Under the pieces are notes generated by a model. That model was not told the DNA's origin and searched no databases. It saw nothing but the letters and a program-made list of their open reading frames with translations. From NCBI GenBank assembly GCA_964356315.1, contig CAYHHA010000002.1, positions 3,824 through 67,823 of the forward strand: a stretch of DNA of 64,000 nt, written 5' to 3'. The stretch comes from an uncultured Gammaproteobacteria bacterium. Its GTDB lineage: Bacteria > Patescibacteriota > Microgenomatia > UBA10105 > UBA927. A program made the position numbers and the translations under genes. Below are positions 27,977 to 36,763 of this stretch, piece by piece; within the stretch, counting starts at the first letter, position 1, and each line of letters starts with the position of its first letter.

Positions 27977-28366
27977 TCAGATTTTCGAGCTTTTTTTCAG
28001 AACGGCGATATGCTTTTCCAAAGCTTCTAGCGTTTCATTGCTTACACTGTGTTCTAATCCTTCGATATCCCTTTCAATAATCTTGCTGGGGAGATGCAGT
28101 AATGCTAAAAATTCAGATAATATTATGTGTCTTTTTTTTATTTTATGCCCCACAGCTATCCCTTTAGGTGTAAGGGTAAACCCTCGATAATGTTCCCGTA
28201 TTACATATCCTGCTGTTTCAAGTTTTTTTAACATCATTGTTACCGAGGCTGGTTTCACTGTTAACCGCTCTGCGATATCAGTGACGCGGGCATATCCCTT
28301 TTCATCTAGAAGTTCTGATATTCTTTCGAGATAGTCTTCATTTGGAGTGGTGAGTTTTTGTAACAT
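27977..28366 (-). CDS. mntR: DtxR/MntR-family metal-dependent transcriptional repressor
   Basis: HTH region NEDYLERISELLDEKGYARVTDIAERLTVKPASVTMMLKKL typical of the DtxR family. Immediately downstream of an Nramp transporter gene. Confidence 0.8.
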   Translation of the reverse strand: MLQKLTTPNEDYLERISELLDEKGYARVTDIAERLTVKPASVTMMLKKLETAGYVIREHYRGFTLTPKGIAVGHKIKKRHIILSEFLALLHLPSKIIERDIEGLEHSVSNETLEALEKHIAVLKKSSKI

Positions 28367-28376
28367 AGAGTCGTAA

Positions 28377-29672
28377 TTATATACCTGATAGGATAGATGT
28401 GATAAGCCAGAGATTTAGGGTCGTAATTATACCGGCTATGCTCCAGCTAAGTATTCTAATCATAAAGGAGTTGACATGGTTACCCATATATTTCTTTTCT
28501 CCTGTAAAATATACAAGCGGGATAACAGCAAAGGGTAATTGCATGCTTAAGACAACCTGACTAAACACTAATAATTGGGCGAGTCCGTGCGTTCCATAGA
28601 GCCAAATTATTACTATGGCCGGAATAATTGCCAAGAGGCGTGTGATAAGACGTCGTTGCCAAGGTTTAATTCGAATATCCACAAATCCCTCCATCACCAC
28701 TTGACCCGCCAGCGTCCCAGTGATGGTTGAATTGTGCCCAGACGCAAGTAGAGCAAGCGCAAATAGTGTGCTCGCAGCCCCAGCCCCTAGAAGCGGGGAG
28801 AGTAGTTGGTATGCGTCCTGTATCTCAGCGACCTCATGCATTCCTCTCGTAAAAAATGTTGCTGAAGATACAATTAATATTGAAGCATTGACGAGCGTTG
28901 CGAGTGTTAGTGCAATATTTGAATCTATAGTTGCATACTTGATCGCCTCTTTTTTATGCATATGCGTGTCTCCGAAGTCGCGACTCTGAACTAAAGCAGA
29001 ATGTAAATATAAATTGTGTGGCATGACAGTAGCGCCTAGTATGCCTATGGCGATATACAGCATTTCCTTGTTGGTAAATAATTCTACTGATGGAACAAAT
29101 CCAAGTAAAATCCCACTGACTGATGGATGTGAAAGAAATATTTCAATGCCAAAACTTACTACAATGAGCGTGATGAGAGAGATAACAAAAGCCTCAAGGT
29201 ATCGAAGCCCCTTATTCTGCAGTAACAGCAAAAGTAATGTATCAAACGCAGTGATAATGACCCCAAGTAGCACTGGAATATGAAATAATAGATTCAGAGC
29301 AATTGCGGATCCTATGACTTCTGCAAGGTCACAGGCTGTAATTGCAATTTCTGCAAGTATCCATAATATTTTTCGAACTGTTGGAGGAAAGTGATCATGA
29401 CAAGCTTGAGCGAGATCTCTTCCCGTTACGATACCAAGCTTTAGAGATAAGTGTTGCAGGAGCATAGCCATAAGCCCTGATATAAGAATCACGCTCAAAA
29501 GCGCGTATCCGAACTTCGATCCTCCTGCGAGATCAGTTGCCCAATTGCCAGGGTCCATATATCCCACTGCAACCAAATATCCTGGGCCGGCAAATGCGAG
29601 GAGTTTTTTCCATTTGGAGACTCCCTGAAGTATTGGAATGCTTCGATGTACTTCTTCTAGACTATGTCTCAT
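28377..29672 (-). CDS. mntH: Nramp-family divalent metal (Mn2+/Fe2+) transporter
   Basis: Nramp signature GYMDPGNWATDLAGG. About 11 TM. 431 aa. Confidence 0.9.
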   Translation of the reverse strand: MRHSLEEVHRSIPILQGVSKWKKLLAFAGPGYLVAVGYMDPGNWATDLAGGSKFGYALLSVILISGLMAMLLQHLSLKLGIVTGRDLAQACHDHFPPTVRKILWILAEIAITACDLAEVIGSAIALNLLFHIPVLLGVIITAFDTLLLLLLQNKGLRYLEAFVISLITLIVVSFGIEIFLSHPSVSGILLGFVPSVELFTNKEMLYIAIGILGATVMPHNLYLHSALVQSRDFGDTHMHKKEAIKYATIDSNIALTLATLVNASILIVSSATFFTRGMHEVAEIQDAYQLLSPLLGAGAASTLFALALLASGHNSTITGTLAGQVVMEGFVDIRIKPWQRRLITRLLAIIPAIVIIWLYGTHGLAQLLVFSQVVLSMQLPFAVIPLVYFTGEKKYMGNHVNSFMIRILSWSIAGIITTLNLWLITSILSGI

Positions 29673-29762
29673 GTATGAATTATACCATATCTAATAATTT
29701 TAGATTGCACTAAAATATTACTAACTATATTTCGAATTTGAATATAGTATGATGTTCGTATT

Positions 29763-31532
29763 ATGAAACACCTTCATGTGCTGAGGAGTATGGGTTATTC
29801 GGGTTTCAAAAACCTGAGACATTTCCTAAAATTGTATGGTGTTATTGTTATCTGTTGTGTATCCGCCTTTATTGTACTTTGGCAATCTGCTCGAATAACT
29901 CCTCTTATAGATTATTCATATCAGGTAGAAAATGCTTTTCGCATATTTCAAGGAGATATGCCGTATAGAGACTTTTTCTTGGTTGTAGGTCCTGGAACGT
30001 ATGAGGTTATGGCAACGCTTATGCATATAACAAATGGGTACAATCATATGGTTCAGATATATTTCACTATGATTGTTTCCGTTTGTACAATCATATTAAC
30101 GTATAGGATTTTACTGCTTATTGGTATACGCCCTTTGGTTTCGATCTTTATGGTTTTTCCTCTTCTGTTTTCGGGTCAAAGTATTTATCCATTTCCACTA
30201 TATGATCCAAATGTGATGCTTGTCATGTTATTGGCAACGTATATTTTCTTATATCTCAGGAAGCATGAGATATGTGCTCTAGCATGGTACTCAATCGCAG
30301 GAGCTGCTTGTGCAGTTCCCATATTTTTTAAGCAAAATACTGGTGGAATTTTTTTCCTATCAACAGCTGGTGTGTTGTTGCTTTCGGTGATAGTTGATAG
30401 AAACCGTCGAGCTGTTCATTCATTTATTGCGTTCATGTTCGGTGGAATCGTTGTAATAGCTGGTATTTTTTTGTGGCTTCTCATAAACAATGCACTCGAT
30501 CAATTTATATTTCAAACCTTAATTTTCCCCAGATATTCCAAAAACCCTATGGACGCGATTCGTATAATTTTATATCAATATGTTGAATATTGGGATTTGT
30601 ACCGGGCTAATTGGAGGTTTTCGATTATTAGCACCGGAATATTTGCTGGACTTCTCGCATGGCAGACTTTTATAAAAAAGACTTTTCTTCACAAGAGCCC
30701 CTCATTTTTTTCTGTATTAATTATCACTCTGTTTTCAGGAATGTATTTTGTACATATATTCAAAGACACTGATCCAATCGCACTTCACCATTCTTTTATT
30801 CTTTGGATATGGGTTACTCTAACAATCGGAGGAATTATCTCTATGATGGTTTCCCGATTTAAACATGCATCTGACGATGTTAGTATGATATTTTTCCCAA
30901 TAGTATTTATAACAAGTGTCCATGCGACATTTTTATCTCATGGTATTGTTGATTCAAGCCAGCATATGTGGCCGTTTGCTATTGTATTACTGGGATATAT
31001 ATTCAATGCAGTTAAATCACATATAACGTTTCGTTTTTGGCAATCATTGGGCTTTTGTATACTCATAATGCTATCTGCAATTCTTGCAAGATCCGTGATA
31101 CAGAATTACTCTATGGGTTTTATAGACTCCTCTGGGGAAATGGGATATGCGACAAGAAAAGAACTGTTGGGACTAGGTACGCCAGGAACTTGGATTTTAA
31201 ATTTTGAAGCGATGCTTAAATACACTGATATTAATATTCCAAAAAATTCCAGCGTTGCATTTTTACCCGGAGAAGATCCATTTTTTGCGGCTTCTGGCAG
31301 AAAAAATCCACTTCAGTTTTCTCTTCTTCATGCAGGAGTCTATACATTGCAACCATCTATGGTTGTAAACGAGTTGTTGGAGAAGAATGTTCAATGGATC
31401 GTCGCAAAAAATACACAACAAACATATCCTTGGTTATGGATATCCAATTGGGAGGATATTTCAAAATGGGTAAAACAAAGTTATTCGATCGTTGTTACAA
31501 TAGGGAATTACGATATATATAAAAAAATATAA
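29763..31532 (+). CDS. polytopic membrane protein, possible GT-C-fold glycosyltransferase (ArnT/PMT-like)
   Basis: About 12-14 TM helices. Acidic residues in the first loop (FQGDMPYRDFF). About 110-aa C-terminal soluble domain. Family assignment is inference only. Confidence 0.4.
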   Translation: MKHLHVLRSMGYSGFKNLRHFLKLYGVIVICCVSAFIVLWQSARITPLIDYSYQVENAFRIFQGDMPYRDFFLVVGPGTYEVMATLMHITNGYNHMVQIYFTMIVSVCTIILTYRILLLIGIRPLVSIFMVFPLLFSGQSIYPFPLYDPNVMLVMLLATYIFLYLRKHEICALAWYSIAGAACAVPIFFKQNTGGIFFLSTAGVLLLSVIVDRNRRAVHSFIAFMFGGIVVIAGIFLWLLINNALDQFIFQTLIFPRYSKNPMDAIRIILYQYVEYWDLYRANWRFSIISTGIFAGLLAWQTFIKKTFLHKSPSFFSVLIITLFSGMYFVHIFKDTDPIALHHSFILWIWVTLTIGGIISMMVSRFKHASDDVSMIFFPIVFITSVHATFLSHGIVDSSQHMWPFAIVLLGYIFNAVKSHITFRFWQSLGFCILIMLSAILARSVIQNYSMGFIDSSGEMGYATRKELLGLGTPGTWILNFEAMLKYTDINIPKNSSVAFLPGEDPFFAASGRKNPLQFSLLHAGVYTLQPSMVVNELLEKNVQWIVAKNTQQTYPWLWISNWEDISKWVKQSYSIVVTIGNYDIYKKI

Positions 31533-31594
31533 TATTGTATTGACTGTAGACGTGAATTGTGGGAAAGTATGAAGATTAACTTGCCTCATCTTAC

Positions 31595-32767
31595 ATGGAT
31601 ATATTTTCAAATTCTTCAAAATTATCTCTAGCACGTGCGACCCTTTTCCAAAATACGCCCATTTATGTTCAGTTTTATATAACTGCACGATGCAATCTTA
31701 CGTGCCAGCAATGTAATATCAGATACGCAAATGCAGACATGCGGGAGTGTACTCTGGAAGAAATAAAAAAAATTGCTGATAACTTCGCCTCAATAGGAGT
31801 CGCTATGGTCCTTCTCACTGGAGGAGAGCCATTTGTTCGAGCTGATTTACCGGAGATTATCCGAGAATTTGAATCTCGAGGAATTCATGTTCGAATGCAA
31901 ACAAACGGACTTGCATCAAAGGAAGCTATTCAAAAAGTTATCGAATATGGCGGCAAAGACATATCTATATCATTAGACTCACTTTCTCAAAAAACACAAG
32001 ATTCGATAAATGGAGGATTCATACGTTCATGGAATCGAGCGATTGAATCCATTTCGTATTTTACCCAGTATTTGCCAAAGAAAGACAGTTTTGCATCCCT
32101 AGGGTGCGTGATCCAGCGAGATAATTTAGATGACATAGAGGATGTTATTCGATTTGGCACAAAGATCGGTTGGCATACTTCGTTGGTTCCTATACACGTA
32201 TCGGATACCTTTCACCCATTGGGATTTCGCACATACAACAAATCATTGCGATTTCGTGAGTCCGAATTTTCGAAAGTTCACGCTTTGGTCGAGCGCGTAC
32301 GAGAAATGAGAAATGAAGGATATCTATTATATGATAGTGATCAATATCTGGATGATATAAAGCTATTTATTCAAGGTAAACCAACCGCATGGAGAAATAA
32401 AAATGGTGGGGTATGCGATAGTCCAAATTTATACTTTGCAGTGTTACCAAACGGAGATTTTGCTCCCTGCTGTGATTGGAGAATGCCGAGCTCTAGTCAC
32501 ACGTATTCAAGCGATTTCCCTACCATGTATAGAGATCGATTTTTTCGAAGCGATGTGTATGCAATAACAAGTGCATGTGAAGGGTGCATGTATGGGAGTT
32601 ATCCTGAGATGACAATTTCTATGCGATATTGGAAGGCAAAATTGCAGAGGATAAAAACATTTGTGACACATCCTGTTCAAAAAAATTGGCCGGTATCATA
32701 CGAAGAGATGATTACTTTAGCAAAACAGATTTCTAAAGACAAAAGACATAGTATTTCAAAACGATAA
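31595..32767 (+). CDS. radical SAM enzyme with SPASM/twitch-type auxiliary Cys cluster
   Basis: CNLTCQQC (CX3CX2C), GGEPF glycine-rich SAM motif, C-terminal CDSPNLYFAVLPNGDFAPCC (CX12GX4C) and ACEGC. Confidence 0.8.
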   Translation: MDIFSNSSKLSLARATLFQNTPIYVQFYITARCNLTCQQCNIRYANADMRECTLEEIKKIADNFASIGVAMVLLTGGEPFVRADLPEIIREFESRGIHVRMQTNGLASKEAIQKVIEYGGKDISISLDSLSQKTQDSINGGFIRSWNRAIESISYFTQYLPKKDSFASLGCVIQRDNLDDIEDVIRFGTKIGWHTSLVPIHVSDTFHPLGFRTYNKSLRFRESEFSKVHALVERVREMRNEGYLLYDSDQYLDDIKLFIQGKPTAWRNKNGGVCDSPNLYFAVLPNGDFAPCCDWRMPSSSHTYSSDFPTMYRDRFFRSDVYAITSACEGCMYGSYPEMTISMRYWKAKLQRIKTFVTHPVQKNWPVSYEEMITLAKQISKDKRHSISKR

Positions 32768-32770
32768 CCT

Positions 32771-33991
32771 ATGCCAAAATTCCCACCGTACGAAAGCGCA
32801 GTACACCACTTCTTACTTCAGGCAAAACGTATATCAGAAATTGAACGATTGTTTAGTCCGTTGTCCTATGTTCAATGGCAAAAATTTATAGCATCATTTA
32901 AATTTGAAAAAATAAATTCGAAAACAATTGGAATCAAGTGGAGATATCCTAAATCGGGCGAGGCAACGTTTTTGATTGATCGCGCTGTATATTATACGCG
33001 AGGTGATACCACAGAGTCAGAGAAGAATCAAAAAAAGAATAAACTCATTTTTTCTGAAGATGAGGTAAAAAATGCAAATGATAGATTGTTTTTTGGGCTT
33101 GTTGTAGGTGTTGCGAAAAAAGCAGGCTTGCATATCCACAAAGAAAATACTCCACATATATTTTATGATGGACGATCGATAAAGAGATTTTACGATGAAG
33201 AACATTTATCTGATGATTGGGCGAAAAGTATTCGCGTTTCCGATATTGATGTTGTTCAGATGAATGAGTCATGTACCGCTCCAGAAATGCGTTTCATTAT
33301 GAAGAGATTGGGAAATATCAAAGGAAAATCTTTGTTGGATATTGGATGCGGGCTAGGAGAGGCGAGTGTCTACTTCGCTTTAAAAGGAGCACGTGTTCTG
33401 TCTATGGATATATCTCATTTTATGACGGATACAACTGTGAAATTAGCAAAGGCAAATGGAGTAACAGTCCGCACACACCAGTCATCTATCGAACACTTTA
33501 AACTCGCGAAGCCAGAAAAGTTTGATATTATTTATGTCGGAAATTTATTCCATCATGTTGATATCGATAAAGCGCTTCAGCATATTGTTCGTTATCTAAA
33601 ATCAGACGGGATCTTGGTTAGCTGGGAGCCTGTCGCGTATAACCCGATTATAAATATATATAGAAGAATTGCGACCAAAGTAAGGTCGAAAGATGAACGG
33701 CCTATCAAAATAGCAGACTTAGAAAAATTTCATACATATTTTTCTCGAGTGGAAACAACATGGTACTGGTTAACGACGCTGATAATCTTCATACTTATGG
33801 CAGTTGTCCAGCGCAGAAATCCGAACACTGAGAGATATTGGAAATCCGTGGTGAAAGAAGGGAGCTCATGGAGGTGGATACATGTTCCTCTCTCAAAAAT
33901 AGATTCCGCACTCTTGAAGCTGATACCACCTCTTCGGTATTTATGTTGGAATATAGTAATTATTGCCTCAAAGCCAAAAAAATCTCATTGA
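32771..33991 (+). CDS. SAM-dependent methyltransferase with unknown ~190-aa N-terminal domain and C-terminal TM segment
   Basis: Motif I LLDIGCGLGEASVYFALKGARVLSMD in the central part. Hydrophobic WYWLTTLIIFILMAVV near the C-terminus. Confidence 0.65.
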   Translation: MPKFPPYESAVHHFLLQAKRISEIERLFSPLSYVQWQKFIASFKFEKINSKTIGIKWRYPKSGEATFLIDRAVYYTRGDTTESEKNQKKNKLIFSEDEVKNANDRLFFGLVVGVAKKAGLHIHKENTPHIFYDGRSIKRFYDEEHLSDDWAKSIRVSDIDVVQMNESCTAPEMRFIMKRLGNIKGKSLLDIGCGLGEASVYFALKGARVLSMDISHFMTDTTVKLAKANGVTVRTHQSSIEHFKLAKPEKFDIIYVGNLFHHVDIDKALQHIVRYLKSDGILVSWEPVAYNPIINIYRRIATKVRSKDERPIKIADLEKFHTYFSRVETTWYWLTTLIIFILMAVVQRRNPNTERYWKSVVKEGSSWRWIHVPLSKIDSALLKLIPPLRYLCWNIVIIASKPKKSH

Positions 33992-33994
33992 AAT

Positions 33995-35026
33995 CTATTT
34001 CTGTATAAACATTGCGTCTCCAAAGCTATAGAATCGGTAATTTGCATCTATCGCTTTCTGATACGCATTTTTTATGAGTGTAGTTCCTGCAAATGCACTT
34101 ACCAATACGATGAGTGTTGATTTAGGGAGATGAAAATTTGTAAGCATAGCATCCACAATAGAAAATGCATATCCTGGAGTGATAAAAATGTTAACATCTC
34201 CCGAGAATTCAGAAAGAATACCGTCATGTACTGCTGCTACTCCTTCGAGCGATCTGACCGTTGTGGTTCCTACAGCCACAATGCGTCGTTTATTTTTTTT
34301 TGCTGAATTTATTTGTTCTGCAGTCTGTTTTGAGATGTGCACCCATTCGCTATGCATCACATGGGATTCTAGTGTCTCTGTCTTTATCGGCATAAACGTA
34401 CCTATCCCCACATGAAGCGTAATTTCTATAATCTGGATGCCCTTTTCTTTGATTTGTTGGAGTATCGAATCAGTAAGATGGAATCCTGCTGTGGGAGCTG
34501 CGACTGAACCAACTTGTGAGGCGTATACTGTTTGATACGATCCATCTGTTGGAATTTTTTTGATGTATGGTGGCACAGGGATTTCCCCATATGTATTTGC
34601 CAGCGCGATAACTTCTTCGTACGGTTTATTAAATGTGAGTCGAAACATTCCTTGCTCATCTTTATTTATAATGCTTGCATCAAAAAATTCAGCGATATGT
34701 ATCGTATCGTGTACACGAATTTTTTTGCCAGGTTTCCCGAGTGCCATCCATTGATTGTCATGTACTGGACGAATGAGAAAAATTTCTACCGTTGCGCCGC
34801 TAGGTGTTTTTCCATGTAATCTGGCTTTGAATACTTTTGTGTTGTTGATAACTAACACATCAGTAGTATTGAGGAACGACACAAAGTCCTTTACATAGGA
34901 AAGTTGTATAGACTCTTTTGGAGTATCTAGTACCATGAGATTTGCTGACTCTCTTGGGTTGGCTGGAAATTGAGCGATCCTCTCTGGAGGTAAAATGAAT
35001 GAAAAATTATCAATCGGTTGATTCAT
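33995..35026 (-). CDS. queA: S-adenosylmethionine:tRNA ribosyltransferase-isomerase
   Basis: N-terminus MNQPIDNFSFILPPERIAQFP matches the QueA consensus. Length 343 aa from this start; the ORF is open to 35116. Confidence 0.85.
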   Translation of the reverse strand: MNQPIDNFSFILPPERIAQFPANPRESANLMVLDTPKESIQLSYVKDFVSFLNTTDVLVINNTKVFKARLHGKTPSGATVEIFLIRPVHDNQWMALGKPGKKIRVHDTIHIAEFFDASIINKDEQGMFRLTFNKPYEEVIALANTYGEIPVPPYIKKIPTDGSYQTVYASQVGSVAAPTAGFHLTDSILQQIKEKGIQIIEITLHVGIGTFMPIKTETLESHVMHSEWVHISKQTAEQINSAKKNKRRIVAVGTTTVRSLEGVAAVHDGILSEFSGDVNIFITPGYAFSIVDAMLTNFHLPKSTLIVLVSAFAGTTLIKNAYQKAIDANYRFYSFGDAMFIQK

Positions 35027-35093
35027 GATATGTATTGTATCGTAAATCCGAAAAGCTCGATATACCGCTGTATTTACAGTATAATGACAGTTC

Positions 35094-35792
35094 ATGGCAC
35101 AGCTTAGAGTTCTCACTTATAACGTTCAAACAGGAAAACGTATAGATCTCATTATCGATTGGTTAAATAGGATTCCTGACACTGATATTATTTGCCTTCA
35201 GGAATTTCCAAAAGATAAAATTATCGAATGTAAAGAATTGTTAAGTAGGGTTCCATACGGATATGCGTATGCCGAGGCGTTTACGTTTCGAAAACGAACG
35301 TTCGGGGAGCTAACCATATATAGGAAGGACCGATTAAAATCTGTCCACTGCGACAGTATCCCTCTCGGAATAAACGGCATGGAACGCAGAATTCTACGAA
35401 CTACTATCCCAAGAAGTTGTTTGTCGCTAAAAGGAACATTGGAAGGTCAACAAATTATTGTGGTCAATATCCATGTTGTTGCATTGGCAATGAACGCAGT
35501 TAAATATACTCAAGTAGAACAATTGATTGAAAATCTTCGAAAGATTCAATTGCCAATCATACTTCTAGGGGATTTTAATATTTCTAGCATACTTGGAAAA
35601 AAGCGATTACTGATCCAGTTAAAGAAAGCAGGATACACGGCGCATCCAAACAAAATTACTACACACAGAGTTGGGATAATTCGACATCAATTTGATTATG
35701 TTTTTGGGAAAAAATGTCAAATTATAGAGCAAAAAGCAGAGCGAATTAAGTACTCTGACCATTATCCTGTCCGCGCTGTTTGTGAATTCTAG
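35094..35792 (+). CDS. endonuclease/exonuclease/phosphatase (EEP) family protein
   Basis: LRVLTYNVQ...CLQEF, LGDFN, SDHYPV. These are the characteristic EEP motifs. Confidence 0.75.
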   Translation: MAQLRVLTYNVQTGKRIDLIIDWLNRIPDTDIICLQEFPKDKIIECKELLSRVPYGYAYAEAFTFRKRTFGELTIYRKDRLKSVHCDSIPLGINGMERRILRTTIPRSCLSLKGTLEGQQIIVVNIHVVALAMNAVKYTQVEQLIENLRKIQLPIILLGDFNISSILGKKRLLIQLKKAGYTAHPNKITTHRVGIIRHQFDYVFGKKCQIIEQKAERIKYSDHYPVRAVCEF

Positions 35793-36754
35793 ATAACGAC
35801 TTCCATAAGTCGACAAAGCTCCTCTACTGAGCAGGTGGCAAGGCACGTTGTTGTATCGGCGGCACCATAATAAATACCGAGAGTATCGTTGTGGATGACC
35901 GCTCCTGTTGGGAAGATAACGTTTGCAATATTTCCAGCTCTCTCATACTCCATTTCCGGAAATAATATTGGATCATGCATTCTTTTTAGAATTTTTTGCG
36001 GGTTTTGTTTGTCGACTATCACAGCTTCTATTCCAAAAAATTTATGTGAAGTGTTATAGCTTTTTATATAGCTATAGATAATAAGCCAACCTTCTCGTAT
36101 TAAAAGGGGCGGAGCTCCAATTTCTACATGATCATGTGTTGTCCGAAGGAGGGAAAGTGCATGTGATGGTAAAGATTTATACCAGTCATTCCAAAATGAA
36201 TGGTTCCATAGGTCTGATAGAGAGTCGACGTACGCAATACCGATTGTTGAAGGGGGAAGATCGGAGTTTGCCGTTATGAGGGCAGCAAATTTATTGTTAA
36301 TTTTTTCGGGGAAAAGAGTCAGTGCCTTTGAATTAAACGGCGTTGCATGAAATTTGTGATCAATGGTAAAGAAATCCTTTGTTGTAGCAATCCCTACAGA
36401 TATTCCGCTAGGAGCTGGTGGCCACTGCGAGAGGGCAGTGTAGCTGATGTAAAACGTATCATCGATCTGGGTGATACGTGGGTCTTCACAGCCGAATTTT
36501 TCCCAAGGTTCAGTTGGGGATATTAATTGTCTTCTATTGAGATATGATACGCGATCAAAACTGATCGCATGCCCGATTGTTGATAGTTCAAGTGTTTTGG
36601 ACTCAATAGTTAAAGGAGTTGACTGCGCTCTATAGAGCATGTGATACCCATCTGTTGATTGGATGGGGCACCCGTTGAAAGACCCATTTTTTTCCCAAGG
36701 TAAATCTGATGGTGTAAGAATCGGATTGTGTGCAAACCGAAGTGCTAATGACAT
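35789..36754 (-). CDS. GH130-family glycosidase/phosphorylase-like protein (DUF377 beta-propeller)
   Basis: FNGCPIQSTDGYHMLYRAQ, CEDPRITQIDDTFYISYTA, GIYYGAADTTTCLATCS. This is the GH130 pattern. Confidence 0.7.
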   Translation of the reverse strand: MSLALRFAHNPILTPSDLPWEKNGSFNGCPIQSTDGYHMLYRAQSTPLTIESKTLELSTIGHAISFDRVSYLNRRQLISPTEPWEKFGCEDPRITQIDDTFYISYTALSQWPPAPSGISVGIATTKDFFTIDHKFHATPFNSKALTLFPEKINNKFAALITANSDLPPSTIGIAYVDSLSDLWNHSFWNDWYKSLPSHALSLLRTTHDHVEIGAPPLLIREGWLIIYSYIKSYNTSHKFFGIEAVIVDKQNPQKILKRMHDPILFPEMEYERAGNIANVIFPTGAVIHNDTLGIYYGAADTTTCLATCSVEELCRLMEVVI

Positions 36755-36763
36755 ACTATCAAT

